A DNA stretch of 64,000 bases from Acutalibacteraceae bacterium (GCA_045531585.1 JAZSEH010000018.1:3031-67030); one strand, 5' to 3'; positions 31,948 to 42,622 are shown, counted from the first letter of the stretch. The notes: generated from the letters alone by a model not told the origin. Program-made: numbers and translations.

Positions 31948-33394
31948 AAAATTCTTTTATTCCTTCTTTACGGTTAATAAGCTGTTCAAAACGGGAGGTA
32001 TACTCATAAGGATATTTGAAGTTAAATATTCTTGAAATATTACCGTCAACAGGGCTTTTAAGCTTAGTGACGGCCGAGGCACCGCACGCAAGTATTGTAT
32101 GCGTTTCGTCCATAATGTATACATTGTAGAGGCACTCGGCACCCTTTACCGCATAGCCCACGTTTTCAAGGTTGCCCACCGTTTTGCTCTGTCGATACAT
32201 ATAATATGGTAAAATGCCCGCTTTTGTTAATGCGCTATGGGCGTACTCCACCATTTGGGCGGCCTGCCTGCCCTGCTGCGCATCATGCTGAACACCGCTT
32301 GTGCTTAAGGTTGAAGCCCTTTTCATTGCAAGAGAATGGACCGTTATGCTTTCGGGTGCAAGGGCTATAAGTTCATCAATGGTAGCCTTAAAGCTCTCGG
32401 GGGTATCCCCGGGAAGGCCTGCAATAACGTCCATATTTATATTATCAAAGCCTATTTCCCTTGCAAGGGCAAAGGCCTGCCTTGTATCTTTAGCAGTATG
32501 GCGACGGCCTATATTCTCAAGCACGGCATCGTTCATGGTCTGTGGGTTTATGCTTATTCTGCTAACCTGATGTTTTTTCAGCACCCTTAATTTTTCGGCA
32601 TCCACAGTATCGGGACGGCCTGCTTCAACGGTAAATTCAAGCACACCGCTTAAATCAAAATTATCCTCTATGGAGGAAAGCACTCTGTCAAGCTGTAAAG
32701 CAGTTATGCTTGTGGGTGTGCCACCACCCATATAAACGGTTTTAAGTTTAAGGCCGCACTGCCTTGCATAATCCGCAGTACAGGCTAACTCTTTACAAAG
32801 AAGCTCCACGTAATCGGGTACTAATTTGCCTGCCTTATCAATGGAATGGGAAACAAAGGAGCAATAGGCACACCGTGTGGGGCAAAAGGGGATGGAAAGG
32901 TAAAGACTAAACCAATCACCCTTGGATTTTTCTATAATTGTATGCTCGGTGCCAAAGGTCTCACGGCAGAGGGATATTTTATTTTCCTGAACAAAAAGCT
33001 GGTTTTTAAAATATTCCTCGGTGCTTTGCTGACCCTCACTGCGGCAGAGCTTGGCATAAAGCTTTGCAGGGCGCACCCCTGTTAATATTCCCCAATCGGG
33101 CTTATAGCCCGTAAGGGTAACAAAGCAGTTAAACAGGCACTTGGCTATGGTAAGCTCACAAAGCTTATCGTCGGCATCGTTGGGGAGTTTTTCCTCCCTT
33201 TTATCAGTTTTGTCCTGAATGTAAAGCTCCGCTGAGCAAAGGGTTTCCTTTTCTCCCCTTTCAAGGCAGGTAACTGCGGTAAGCTGAGTAATTTCCACCG
33301 TGTCTATAATATTTATTTTTTCAAAGGGCAGAAAAATTCTGCATAGCTTTTCGGTCTCATAGCAAAAGCTATGGCCTATTGTGCAAAGGTTCAT
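31919..33394 (-). CDS. hemZ: HemN-related radical SAM protein (coproporphyrinogen dehydrogenase HemZ-like)
   Basis: CPTRCAYC radical SAM cluster motif, a GGGTP glycine-rich motif and a HemN_C-like C-terminus; 491 aa. Confidence 0.78.
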   Translation of the reverse strand: MNLCTIGHSFCYETEKLCRIFLPFEKINIIDTVEITQLTAVTCLERGEKETLCSAELYIQDKTDKREEKLPNDADDKLCELTIAKCLFNCFVTLTGYKPDWGILTGVRPAKLYAKLCRSEGQQSTEEYFKNQLFVQENKISLCRETFGTEHTIIEKSKGDWFSLYLSIPFCPTRCAYCSFVSHSIDKAGKLVPDYVELLCKELACTADYARQCGLKLKTVYMGGGTPTSITALQLDRVLSSIEDNFDLSGVLEFTVEAGRPDTVDAEKLRVLKKHQVSRISINPQTMNDAVLENIGRRHTAKDTRQAFALAREIGFDNINMDVIAGLPGDTPESFKATIDELIALAPESITVHSLAMKRASTLSTSGVQHDAQQGRQAAQMVEYAHSALTKAGILPYYMYRQSKTVGNLENVGYAVKGAECLYNVYIMDETHTILACGASAVTKLKSPVDGNISRIFNFKYPYEYTSRFEQLINRKEGIKEFYEKYPVTDK

Positions 33395-33396
33395 TT

Positions 33397-34005
33397 TTAT
33401 ACTCCTGCTAAATAGGGATTGTAGAGTTTTTCCTCATGCAAGGTGGTTTTATCCCCGTGACCGGGATAAAGAATATAATTCTCCTTTAGATTTTTTAAAA
33501 ATCTTAACGAGGAAAGCATTGCTGCATTATCGCTTGTGGGAAAATCGGTACGGCCTATGGTGCCCTGAAAAAGGGTATCACCTGTAAACATTACCTCACC
33601 CATTACAAAGCAACTGCACCCGGGAGAATGTCCCGGCGTGTTGTACGCCGTAACCGAAAGGTCGCCCACCTTAAAGCTTTGCAGGTGGGTAAGTTTTACG
33701 TCGGCATTGAATGGAGGAATATCCTCCCCAAAATAGGAGCCCAGATTAAACACAGGGCTTGAAAGTGCGTAGTCATCGCTTTCGTTTATGTATATTTGAG
33801 CGCCGCATTCCTCACGGATAATGGGGGCGGCCTTAATATGGTCAAAGTGGCCGTGGGTTAAAAGAATGGCTATTTCATTTTGGCTGTTGGCGGCAACAAA
33901 GGCTTTAAGCCGCTCAGTATACTCATACGGGTCAATTATCAGCGCACCGCTTTGTCCCTGCACCATATAACAGTTTGAGCTTGTAACCTCTACAGAAATA
34001 TTCAT
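33397..34005 (-). CDS. MBL-fold metallo-hydrolase (glyoxalase II-like)
   Basis: LLTHGHFDH metal-binding motif. Start set at ATG 34005 (MNISVEV) with GGGAG upstream, in a TGATG overlap with the dtd stop. Confidence 0.85.
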   Translation of the reverse strand: MNISVEVTSSNCYMVQGQSGALIIDPYEYTERLKAFVAANSQNEIAILLTHGHFDHIKAAPIIREECGAQIYINESDDYALSSPVFNLGSYFGEDIPPFNADVKLTHLQSFKVGDLSVTAYNTPGHSPGCSCFVMGEVMFTGDTLFQGTIGRTDFPTSDNAAMLSSLRFLKNLKENYILYPGHGDKTTLHEEKLYNPYLAGV

Positions 34006-34463
34006 CACTTTTTCTCCCAAACATCGGTATCAAGTATTATGGTAACGGGGCCGTCGCCCTCCATTGATACCTGCATATCGGCACCAAACTCCCCCGTTTG
34101 CACCTCTTTCACACCGTTTGCCCTTAGCTCATCGCAAAAAAGTCGGTAAAGACGGTCGGCCTCCAAGGGTGCCATTGCACCGATAAAGGATGGTCGGTTA
34201 CCCTTTTTGGTATCGGCACAAAGGGTAAAGTTTGAAACCACAAGGGCGCCGCCCTCCACCTGAAGGAGGGATAAATTCATTTTATCCTCCTCATCGGTGA
34301 ATATTCTGAGATTTGCCACCTTTTGTGCAAGGAGGCGGGCCTGAGAATCAGAGTCACCCTCACCTACACCGAGAAGGATTAAAAAGCCTTTATTTATTGC
34401 GCCTGTAATTCGTTCCTCCACCGTAACCTTAGCGGAGGAAACACGTTGGATTATTGCTTTCAT
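34005..34463 (-). CDS. dtd: D-aminoacyl-tRNA deacylase
   Basis: MKAIIQRV N-terminus and the SNFTL, GNRPSF and GAMA motifs. Confidence 0.94.
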   Translation of the reverse strand: MKAIIQRVSSAKVTVEERITGAINKGFLILLGVGEGDSDSQARLLAQKVANLRIFTDEEDKMNLSLLQVEGGALVVSNFTLCADTKKGNRPSFIGAMAPLEADRLYRLFCDELRANGVKEVQTGEFGADMQVSMEGDGPVTIILDTDVWEKK

Positions 34464-34541
34464 ATTCTACTCCCTTCGTCACGGCTCACGCCGCGACACC
34501 TCCCTCAAGGAGGGAGGCCTCTATAGGAAATTAAATTATAC

Positions 34542-36743
34542 CTACTGATTCATACGTTCAACACTGAATGCGCCGTGAATTTTTTCAAGGCGGGATATGA
34601 TGTTTTTAAGATGCTCAACGCTTTCGGCACTAACGGTTATATTAACAACACAGTTACCGTTTTTAATCTGCCGTGCATTTATAGCGTGAAGAGGCACACG
34701 CAGATTTAGTATTGCTGTGGTAACATCCACAACAAAGCCCTCACGGTCAACACCCATTATCTGCAGCGAGGAGGTAAAGTTATCCTTACGGTCATCGGCC
34801 CAGTGTGCATTAAGCCACCGCTCAGGCTCGGGAGCAGATGATAAATCACGAGGTACATTATTACAGTCTCGCTTGTGAATTGAAACGCCGTGACCGCGGG
34901 TGATAAAGCCTATAATTTCATCACCCGGCAGAGGTGTGCAGCACTTGGAGAATTTAATAAGGCAATTATCAATGCCCTCAACAATAACACCGTCGGAAGA
35001 TTTTGTGGAATGTGGCTTTACAACATCCTCTATCTCCACAGGCTTTGAACTTTTAACAAGCTTGTTGTAATCCTCCTTAATACGGGGCATTATCTTTGAA
35101 AGAAGCAGTCCGCCGTAGCCTATGGCAGCATAAAAATCGTCAACAGTGCTTATATGCTGCTTTTTGGCAATAGACTCCACAAACTCGGCAAGCTCGGTAT
35201 CATTTAATGAAATACCGCTTCTTTTAAGCTCACGCTCAAATTCAGTCTTACCTGTAACGATATTTTCGGCTCTGCGCTCCTTCTTAAACCAACTGCGGAT
35301 TTTAGATTTAGCCTGACTTGTAACGGCTATTTTCATCCAATCACGGCTGGGACCGTGACCTGCTTGATTGGTGGTAAGTATATCAATAATCTCACCGGTT
35401 TGAATAACGTGGTTTATGGGAACTATTTTTCCGTCGGCTTTGGCACCAACCATACGAATACCAACGGCAGAATGAATGGCAAAGGCAAAGTCCACCACCG
35501 TTGAGCCAACGGGCAGATTTATTACATCGCCCTTAGGGGTAACGGCAAACACATCCTCAGGGGCAAGATCCACCTTTATGGTCTGTAAAAGCTCGGTGCC
35601 GTCCTCGGTCTCACGCTGGCTGTCAAGTATCTGCCTTATCCAGGCAAGGCGTTCCTCCATTTTTTCATCACTGTCGTTAACGCCTTCCTTATACTTCCAG
35701 TGGGCGGCTATGCCGAATTCCGCCGTATGATGCATATCCCAGGTGCGTATCTGTATTTCAAAGGGTACGCCCTCACGGGATATAACGGTGGTATGAAGTG
35801 ACTGATACATATTAGGCTTGGGGGTAGAAATATAATCCTTAAAGCGATTGGGAATGGGACGGAACATATCATGCATAATACCAAGGATATTATAGCAATC
35901 GTTCACGGTATCGGTAATTATACGTATGGCATAAATATCGTAAATTTCCTCAAAATCTCTGCCCTGAACAAACATTTTACGGTAGATACCGTTTATGGAT
36001 TTAACGCGGCTCTGGAAGGATACCTTTACACTTGGCAGGCTTTCCTTAAGCCTTGCTTCAACACGGGCGCGGATATCACTTAATATCTGTTCGCGTTGAT
36101 GCTTTTGCGTATCAAGAAGCTTTTCTATCTCCTCATATGCAATAGGGTCAAGATGGGCAATGGCCCTGTCCTCAAGCTCCTCCTTAACACCGCGGATACC
36201 AAGCCTGTGGGCAATGGGAGCGTATACCTCTAAGGTTTCAAGGGATTTATCCCTCTGCTTTTGGGGGGCAACGGCATCGATGGTGCGCATATTGTGGAGG
36301 CGGTCAGCCAGCTTAATTACAATAACGCGGATATCCTTACCCATTGCAACCAGCATTTTTCTAAGGCTTTCTGCCTGCTGTTGCTCCTTACTGCTAAAGG
36401 AAAGTCGACCTATTTTGGTGACACCGTCAACAAGCAGGGCAACGTCCTCGCCAAAATCACGGCGTATATTGTCAAGTGTTATCTCGGTATCCTCCACCAC
36501 ATCGTGGAGAAGAGCGGCGGCTATAGACTGAGTGTCCATACCAAGGGAAATAATTATCTCTGCTACATTAAATGGGTGATAGCAATAGGGTTCACTTGAC
36601 TCTCTTTTCTGACCATCGTGGGCGGATACGCACAACTCAAAGGCACGGCGAACAAGCCCGTAATCATAAGCTTCGGACAGGCTTTCGTTGGCGCGCATCT
36701 GCTCTTCCAAGCGTTTATAATACTGTTCAAATTCAGCTAACAC
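34542..36743 (-). CDS. relA: Bifunctional (p)ppGpp synthetase/hydrolase (RelA/SpoT homolog)
   Basis: HD domain (HDVVEDT), RelA_SpoT synthetase domain, then TGS and ACT C-terminal domains; 733 aa; GTG start. Confidence 0.95.
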   Translation of the reverse strand: MLAEFEQYYKRLEEQMRANESLSEAYDYGLVRRAFELCVSAHDGQKRESSEPYCYHPFNVAEIIISLGMDTQSIAAALLHDVVEDTEITLDNIRRDFGEDVALLVDGVTKIGRLSFSSKEQQQAESLRKMLVAMGKDIRVIVIKLADRLHNMRTIDAVAPQKQRDKSLETLEVYAPIAHRLGIRGVKEELEDRAIAHLDPIAYEEIEKLLDTQKHQREQILSDIRARVEARLKESLPSVKVSFQSRVKSINGIYRKMFVQGRDFEEIYDIYAIRIITDTVNDCYNILGIMHDMFRPIPNRFKDYISTPKPNMYQSLHTTVISREGVPFEIQIRTWDMHHTAEFGIAAHWKYKEGVNDSDEKMEERLAWIRQILDSQRETEDGTELLQTIKVDLAPEDVFAVTPKGDVINLPVGSTVVDFAFAIHSAVGIRMVGAKADGKIVPINHVIQTGEIIDILTTNQAGHGPSRDWMKIAVTSQAKSKIRSWFKKERRAENIVTGKTEFERELKRSGISLNDTELAEFVESIAKKQHISTVDDFYAAIGYGGLLLSKIMPRIKEDYNKLVKSSKPVEIEDVVKPHSTKSSDGVIVEGIDNCLIKFSKCCTPLPGDEIIGFITRGHGVSIHKRDCNNVPRDLSSAPEPERWLNAHWADDRKDNFTSSLQIMGVDREGFVVDVTTAILNLRVPLHAINARQIKNGNCVVNITVSAESVEHLKNIISRLEKIHGAFSVERMNQ

Positions 36744-38764
36744 GGCTTTTCCCCTGCCCTTCTTAGAATTTGTGACCTTGAAAGGTCGGTTTTGGGGGCA
36801 CCCTGCAGGGCACCCACTGTGATTATGTTATTATTTACTGCTTTATCCGCTAGACCCAGCTCACAAAGAGCGTCAACAGCGGTTTGGGTTTTAAAATGTC
36901 CAAGTGCAGGATAAAGGACTTGTTTTAGCTTTTCGTTGCTTATTCTGCCCTTTATAAGCCTTCGATACACGGCGCCTACCTCATCCCTTGTGGGGGCAAT
37001 AAGGGAATAATCCCCTGCTTTGCCTTTGTGTAGGTCATCATAAAGATTTGCAGCCTTAAAATACTCATCATCGTTAAAGCCTGTTTTTCTTATGCCCTTT
37101 ATCTGCACCGAAAGATTTTCCTCACCGTTATACAGATTGGTATCAAGGGTAACCGCAAGGTCAAGGCTGTCCTCCACCTCAAAGGGAAAGCGTTCGGGAC
37201 CAACGCCAAACATAAGTGCCTGAAAAGAGGAATTATCCTTGGAAAAAAGCAATCTTAGATGCTTTCCTGATGAAAGGGACGTAACCCGTTCCAGTTTAAC
37301 CTCAAAAATACCGAAAACAGGCTGAGGATTACCCATACCAAAGGGCTCCAAATCCCTTACAGACTGTGCCATTTCAACACACAGTGCCGCAGGCTTAAGA
37401 TGACAGTCAAGGTTTAGCACCGGCACTGCAGACTCCTGCCTTTCGGCATATTCGTTAATTTTTTCTCTGAACAATTCAATACTGTTGGTACTAAGGGTTA
37501 CCCCTGCCGCAAGAGAGTGTCCGCCGAAGCGCTGAGTAAGGTGGGCAACACTACAGATAGCCTCAAAAAGAGAAAACCCCTTAAAGGAACGTCCCGAGCC
37601 TGAGGCGGTATCATCATCAATGCTAAGCACAATGGCAGGCTTGCCGTAATACTCACTTATTTTTCCCGCAACTATACCCACTATTCCGTGGTGCCAATTT
37701 TGTCCTGCGGTAACTATTACTCTATCAAAATTATAGCCGTTTTCCTCAATATCCTTTATGGCATGAGCAAAAATTTGTTTTTCCTTTTCCTGACGGGCGG
37801 CATTATCGTCATCAAGCTGACCTGCCACGGTAAGTGCAACCTTAATATCATCGGTAAGCAGCAGTTCTACGGCGCGTGAGGCATCACCCATTCGGCCTGC
37901 GGCATTTATTCGGGGCACTATACCAAAGGCTATCCGCCCTGCGGTAACTGCATCCCTTGAAGTGCCCGATATCTGAAGCAGGGCCGAAACGCCCTTTCGT
38001 AAATGAAGACTTTTTCTAAGTACGCGCAAAGCCATTTTAACTATACTGCGGTTTTCTCCCGTAAGGGGCATAATATCCCCAACTGTACCAATTCCAACAA
38101 GGTCGGCATAAAGGGGCAAAAGCTCCTCTGCAGGCTTTTGTTCAAGGGCACAAACAAGCTTAAAGGCAACGGAAACACCGCATATTTCTTTAAAGGAGGA
38201 GGGACAGTCCTCACGGTGGGGGTCCACCACGGCCTGAGCCTCAGGTAATTCTCCTTGGGGTATATGATGGTCGGTAACCACAACCTTCATACCAAGGGCG
38301 TTGGCGCAGGCTATTTCCTCATTAGCGGCAATTCCGTTATCCACGGTGATTATCAAATCAACGCCTTTGGCGTGGAGGGCTTCAACGCTTTCCTTATGCA
38401 TACCGTAGCCCTCACTAAAGCGGTCGGGAATATAATAAATTACCCTTGCGTTTCTTTTACGCAGATAGTCGGTTAAAAGGGCGGTGGCGGTAATTCCGTC
38501 ACAGTCATAGTCTCCGTAAACGGCAATAAGCTCACCTGCGGCGATTGATGTGTTTATTATTCCTGCCGCTTTTTCAATATCGGCAAGCTCTCTATAATCG
38601 CAAAGCAAAGGCTCATCAGATAAAAATTCCTCTAATGAGGCGGCATCGTTATATCCTCTCGCACAGGCAATAAGGGCGGTAAAGGGGTCAATATCACATT
38701 CCTCACTAAGGGAAACCGCCAACGCCTTATCGGTATCAGCCGTTACCCATTTTTTCATTGCCAT
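36737..38764 (-). CDS. recJ: Single-stranded-DNA-specific exonuclease RecJ
   Basis: DHH motifs (GDYDCDGIT, DNGI, VTDHH) and DHHA1 (GGHSLAAG). Start set at ATG 38764 with GAGGTG 6 nt upstream. Confidence 0.93.
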   Translation of the reverse strand: MAMKKWVTADTDKALAVSLSEECDIDPFTALIACARGYNDAASLEEFLSDEPLLCDYRELADIEKAAGIINTSIAAGELIAVYGDYDCDGITATALLTDYLRKRNARVIYYIPDRFSEGYGMHKESVEALHAKGVDLIITVDNGIAANEEIACANALGMKVVVTDHHIPQGELPEAQAVVDPHREDCPSSFKEICGVSVAFKLVCALEQKPAEELLPLYADLVGIGTVGDIMPLTGENRSIVKMALRVLRKSLHLRKGVSALLQISGTSRDAVTAGRIAFGIVPRINAAGRMGDASRAVELLLTDDIKVALTVAGQLDDDNAARQEKEKQIFAHAIKDIEENGYNFDRVIVTAGQNWHHGIVGIVAGKISEYYGKPAIVLSIDDDTASGSGRSFKGFSLFEAICSVAHLTQRFGGHSLAAGVTLSTNSIELFREKINEYAERQESAVPVLNLDCHLKPAALCVEMAQSVRDLEPFGMGNPQPVFGIFEVKLERVTSLSSGKHLRLLFSKDNSSFQALMFGVGPERFPFEVEDSLDLAVTLDTNLYNGEENLSVQIKGIRKTGFNDDEYFKAANLYDDLHKGKAGDYSLIAPTRDEVGAVYRRLIKGRISNEKLKQVLYPALGHFKTQTAVDALCELGLADKAVNNNIITVGALQGAPKTDLSRSQILRRAGEKPC

Positions 38765-38827
38765 ATTTACCACCTCGCAAAATATAATTATACATAATAA
38801 TTATATCACTAAGTATATACATTTGCA

Positions 38828-38865
38828 AGAAAAAAAGAAAAGCCCGATGTGAAAACACATCGGGC
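38828..38865 (-). terminator. Terminator of serC-serA
   Basis: 10-bp stem gcccgatgtg / cacatcgggc followed on the minus strand by ttttcttttttt. Confidence 0.75.
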
Positions 38866-38884
38866 ATATTTTAAACTATTAAGT

Positions 38885-40057
38885 TCATATCATACGAACG
38901 CGGATAACGTCATCCAAACCTTCAATAACCTTTGCAATGGCATCAAAATCGGCTTCTCCAATATCAACCATTGTGTAGGCATTGTCGCCCTTAGATTTGT
39001 TAAGGAGATTTTCGATATTAACGTTATACTTACCAATCTCGGTAGTAATAGCGCTAAGAATGTTGGGAACGTTCTTGTGCATTACGCAGATACGCTTAAC
39101 ACCACTTCTGGGCATTGTAATTTCAGGCATATTAACGCTGTTAACAATGTTACCGTTCTCAATGTAATCAATAAGCTGGTCGGCTGCCATTTTGGCGCAG
39201 TTATCCTCCGATTCGGGGGTGGATGCACCAAGGTGAGGAATGGCAATAACACCGTCAACACCTATCATTTCATCGGTGGGGAAATCGGTTACGTAGGCTG
39301 CAACCTTACCGTCCTCAAGGGCGGCAATCATATCCTCAGACTTAACAAGGTCGGCACGGGCAAAGTTAAGAACTCTTACGCCGTTTTTCATTGCGGCAAT
39401 GGCATCCTTGTTTATAAAGCCCTTGGTATCGGGAGTGAGAGGAACGTGAATTGTGATGTAATCACAGTTCTCATATATCTCCTGCAGGCTATCAACGTGG
39501 ATAGCGTTATGGGTAATGCTCCAAGCAGCCTTAACAGAAAGGTAGGGGTCGTAACCATAAACCTTCATACCAAGAGCATTAGCGGCATTGGCAACAAGTG
39601 CGCCAATGGCGCCAAGACCGATAATACCAAGCTTTTTGCCACGTATTTCGGGGCCAACAAAGGCTCCCTTGCCCTTTTCAACCATTTTGCCAACCTCAGC
39701 ACCGTTGCCCTTAAGGGTTTTTGCCCACTCAATAGCGGGGATAACACGGCGAGAGCAGATAAGAAGTCCTCCGATAACAAGCTCCTTAACGGCGTTTGCA
39801 TTTGCACCGGGGGTGTTGAAAACAACGATACCCGCTGCAGAGCAACGGTCAATAGGAATATTATTTGTACCTGCACCTGCACGGGCAATAGCCTTTAAGG
39901 TTTCGGGAAACTGAACGTCATGAAGAGCTGCAGAGCGAACTATAGCGCCGTCAGGATTAGCAATGCTATCACCGATAGCATATTGCTCCTTATCAAAAAC
40001 ATCAAGACCTGCGGCAGAAATTTTATTGTAAGTTAAAATGTTATACATAGTAATCAA
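38885..40057 (-). CDS. serA: D-3-phosphoglycerate dehydrogenase with C-terminal ACT domain
   Basis: GIIGLGAIG NAD-binding motif and the 2-hydroxyacid dehydrogenase catalytic region (HLGAST). TTG start with AAGGA 6 nt upstream; overlaps serC by 4 nt. Confidence 0.9.
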   Translation of the reverse strand: MITMYNILTYNKISAAGLDVFDKEQYAIGDSIANPDGAIVRSAALHDVQFPETLKAIARAGAGTNNIPIDRCSAAGIVVFNTPGANANAVKELVIGGLLICSRRVIPAIEWAKTLKGNGAEVGKMVEKGKGAFVGPEIRGKKLGIIGLGAIGALVANAANALGMKVYGYDPYLSVKAAWSITHNAIHVDSLQEIYENCDYITIHVPLTPDTKGFINKDAIAAMKNGVRVLNFARADLVKSEDMIAALEDGKVAAYVTDFPTDEMIGVDGVIAIPHLGASTPESEDNCAKMAADQLIDYIENGNIVNSVNMPEITMPRSGVKRICVMHKNVPNILSAITTEIGKYNVNIENLLNKSKGDNAYTMVDIGEADFDAIAKVIEGLDDVIRVRMI

Positions 40058-41136
40058 CCGTTTTCCTTTTCAAAATTTGCCATAAACTCTACGAGTTTTT
40101 CAACGCCTTCAACAGGCATAGCGTTGTAGATGGAGGCGCGCATACCGCCAACGGAGCGGTGGCCCTTAAGATTTACAAAGCCTGCCTTTTTAGCCTCGGC
40201 AACAAACTTTGCATCAAGCTCCTCATTACCGGTAACAAAGGGAACGTTCATTAAAGAACGATCCTTCTTCTCAACGGTGCCCTTGAACATTTTGCTGTTA
40301 TCAAGGAAATTGTAAAGAATAGCGGCCTTTTTCTCATTAATTGCCTTCATAGCCTCAAGTCCGCCAAGCTTCTTTATCCATTTAAGAACAAGACCTGCAA
40401 CGTAGATTGCATAACAAGGAGGCGTATTGAACATAGAATCATTTTCGCTGTGTGTAGCGTAATTAAACATTGTGGGAGTAATATCCTGAGCATTGCCGAT
40501 AAGGTCCTCACGGATGATAACAATGGTAAGACCTGCAGGAGCAACGTTCTTTTGTGCACCGGCGTAAAGAATACCAAACTTGCTAACGTCAATAGGCTCG
40601 GAAAGAATACAGCTGGAAATATCGGCTACAAGAGGAACGTTACCTGTATCGGGAAGCTGGGTAAAACGGGTACCGTAAATTGTATTATTCATACAAATGT
40701 GGAAGTAATCTGCATCGGGTGTGAAATCAGCCTTGTTAAGCTCAGGAATAAAAGAATAGGTCTTATCTGCAGAGGAAGCAATAGCCTTTGCCTCACCGTA
40801 GCGTGCGGCCTCCTTATAAGCCTTGTTAGCCCACTGGCCTGTAATAACAAAGTCTGCCTTCTTGCTCTTGTTAAGTAAGTTAAGCGGAATCATTGCAAAC
40901 TGCGAGGAAGCGCCACCCTGAAGGAAAAGAACCTTATAATTATCAGGAATATTCATTACCTCGCGAAGGTCAGCCTCGGTTTCCTTAATGATTGCATCGT
41001 ACTCCTTAGAGCGATGGGACATTTCCATAACGGATTGACCTGAAGTGCCATGCTCCAACATTTCGTTTGCGCAGGTTTCAAGTACCTCTAAAGGTAAGCA
41101 GGAAGGACCTGCACTAAAGTTATAAACTCTTGCCAT
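40054..41136 (-). CDS. serC: Phosphoserine aminotransferase
   Basis: YNFSAGPSCLP N-terminus, GAQKN with the PLP lysine, and RSVGGMRASIYNAMP at the C-terminus. Confidence 0.94.
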   Translation of the reverse strand: MARVYNFSAGPSCLPLEVLETCANEMLEHGTSGQSVMEMSHRSKEYDAIIKETEADLREVMNIPDNYKVLFLQGGASSQFAMIPLNLLNKSKKADFVITGQWANKAYKEAARYGEAKAIASSADKTYSFIPELNKADFTPDADYFHICMNNTIYGTRFTQLPDTGNVPLVADISSCILSEPIDVSKFGILYAGAQKNVAPAGLTIVIIREDLIGNAQDITPTMFNYATHSENDSMFNTPPCYAIYVAGLVLKWIKKLGGLEAMKAINEKKAAILYNFLDNSKMFKGTVEKKDRSLMNVPFVTGNEELDAKFVAEAKKAGFVNLKGHRSVGGMRASIYNAMPVEGVEKLVEFMANFEKENG

Positions 41137-41172
41137 AGTGATTTTATCCCCTATCTGAAAAAATTTTATTCC

Positions 41173-41201
41173 ATTATATTAGAGTAATTTATAAAAGTCA
41201 A
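41173..41201 (-). promoter_or_regulatory. Candidate sigma-A promoter of serC-serA
   Basis: On the minus strand: TTGACT (41201-41196), 17 nt spacer, TATAAT (41178-41173). Confidence 0.6.
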
Positions 41202-41290
41202 TAGGTTTGTTAAAAAAATATCAAAGTTTTTTAAAATTATTTTTGTTTTTTCAAAAAGTTTGTTATTTTTTTGTCAATGTCTATTTGATA

Positions 41291-41320
41291 ATAACCCTCA
41301 CTTGCTGAAGTGAGGGTTAT
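41291..41320 (-). terminator. Hairpin after the antiporter gene
   Basis: 12-bp stem ataaccctcact / agtgagggttat located 3 nt after the stop. The U-tract is poor. Confidence 0.45.
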
Positions 41321-41323
41321 TAA

Positions 41324-42622
41324 CTATTTGTTTTTATTTTCGTTAGCAGCTGTAAGCTTTGTCTGCCTACGCTCCTTAACGTGATCGGGAATGGGGTGTA
41401 TTTCCCCTGCAGCTGCAAGGGCCTGACGAGTAAGCAGAGGTCCTACAAGCTCATAGATAAGAACTGCAAAAAGTGTAATGTTACGGATGAGGTTACCCTG
41501 AGCTCCAAGCTGCATGGCTGTGGTGCACATTCCAAGGGCAACACCTGCCTGCGGAAGCAGGGTTATACCCAGATATTTACATATTTTAGGCCCACAGTGG
41601 GTAAGCTTTGCACTGTAGAGAGTACCAAAGTATTTACCTGCGGAACGGGTAAGAATATATACCGCGCCTATTATAATGATAGCAACGTCGGTAAATACGC
41701 CCAGCTCCAGCTCTGCACCGCTTATAACAAAGAACAGGGCAAAAAGCGGCGAGGTCCATTTATCGGAGGCGGCCATAAGGTCGTGAGAAAGAGGACATAT
41801 ATTGCAGAACACTGTGCCAAGCATCATACATACAAGAAGGGAAGAAAACTGTATATGCACAGGGCCTACGTGGAAATCCATCATAGAAAGTGATGCCGTA
41901 AGGAACACCGCACCTATGGTAAGATTAAGGCGGTTGGTATTGGAGTTGAACAGTTTTTCAAGTTGAGTGAGTACCCAGCCCATAGCTGCGCCAAGCAACA
42001 GCGAGCATATTATCTCAATTATTGGATTTACGATTATAGATATAAGGTCTATCTGGCCGCTTACAAGGGTTTTGGCTATGCCGAAGGATACCGCAAAAAC
42101 CACAAGGCCTACGGCATCATCAAGGGCAACTATAGGCAGAAGAAGCTTTGTAAGGGGACCGTGAGCCTTATACTGACGGACAACCATAAGGGTGGCGGCA
42201 GGTGCGGTGGCCGTTGCTATGGCACCAAGTGTTATTACCTGTGCAAGGGTGAATTTTTCAGGCATGGCAAGGTGAATTAAATAAAGACCGATATCAACAA
42301 AAAGGGTTGCTGTTATAGCCTGAAGCACACCAATGACAAAGGCCTGCTTACCTGTCTTTTTAAGGTCATCAACCCTGAATTCGTTACCTATTGAAAAGGC
42401 TATAAAGCCAAGGGCCACTTCACTTACAAGGGAAAGGCCGGAAACCGAATCTGCAGTGGGGAAACCAAGACCGTCTATCCCTAAAGCGCCGATGCAGTAC
42501 GGACCTATTAAAACGCCTGCAATCAGGTATGCCGTAACAGAGGGCAGCTTTAAGGGCTTAAAGAGCCTTGTCATAAGAAGTCCTGCAAGCAGGGCGATGG
42601 ATACTGATAATAGTGTACTCAC
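41324..42622 (-). CDS. Cation:proton antiporter (CPA/Na_H_Exchanger family)
   Basis: 432 aa with about 12 TM segments and a typical CPA2 N-terminus (LLAGLLMTRLFKPLKLPSVTAYLIAGVLIGP). GTG start. Confidence 0.85.
   Translation of the reverse strand: MSTLLSVSIALLAGLLMTRLFKPLKLPSVTAYLIAGVLIGPYCIGALGIDGLGFPTADSVSGLSLVSEVALGFIAFSIGNEFRVDDLKKTGKQAFVIGVLQAITATLFVDIGLYLIHLAMPEKFTLAQVITLGAIATATAPAATLMVVRQYKAHGPLTKLLLPIVALDDAVGLVVFAVSFGIAKTLVSGQIDLISIIVNPIIEIICSLLLGAAMGWVLTQLEKLFNSNTNRLNLTIGAVFLTASLSMMDFHVGPVHIQFSSLLVCMMLGTVFCNICPLSHDLMAASDKWTSPLFALFFVISGAELELGVFTDVAIIIIGAVYILTRSAGKYFGTLYSAKLTHCGPKICKYLGITLLPQAGVALGMCTTAMQLGAQGNLIRNITLFAVLIYELVGPLLTRQALAAAGEIHPIPDHVKERRQTKLTAANENKNK

Noticed and set aside
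38849-39898. A 349-aa plus-strand ORF lies antisense to serA.
   Set aside because: It lies entirely inside, and antisense to, a clearly recognisable serA. Its composition is dominated by N/G/V/C with no motifs and no RBS. It is a typical shadow ORF caused by codon bias of the real gene.
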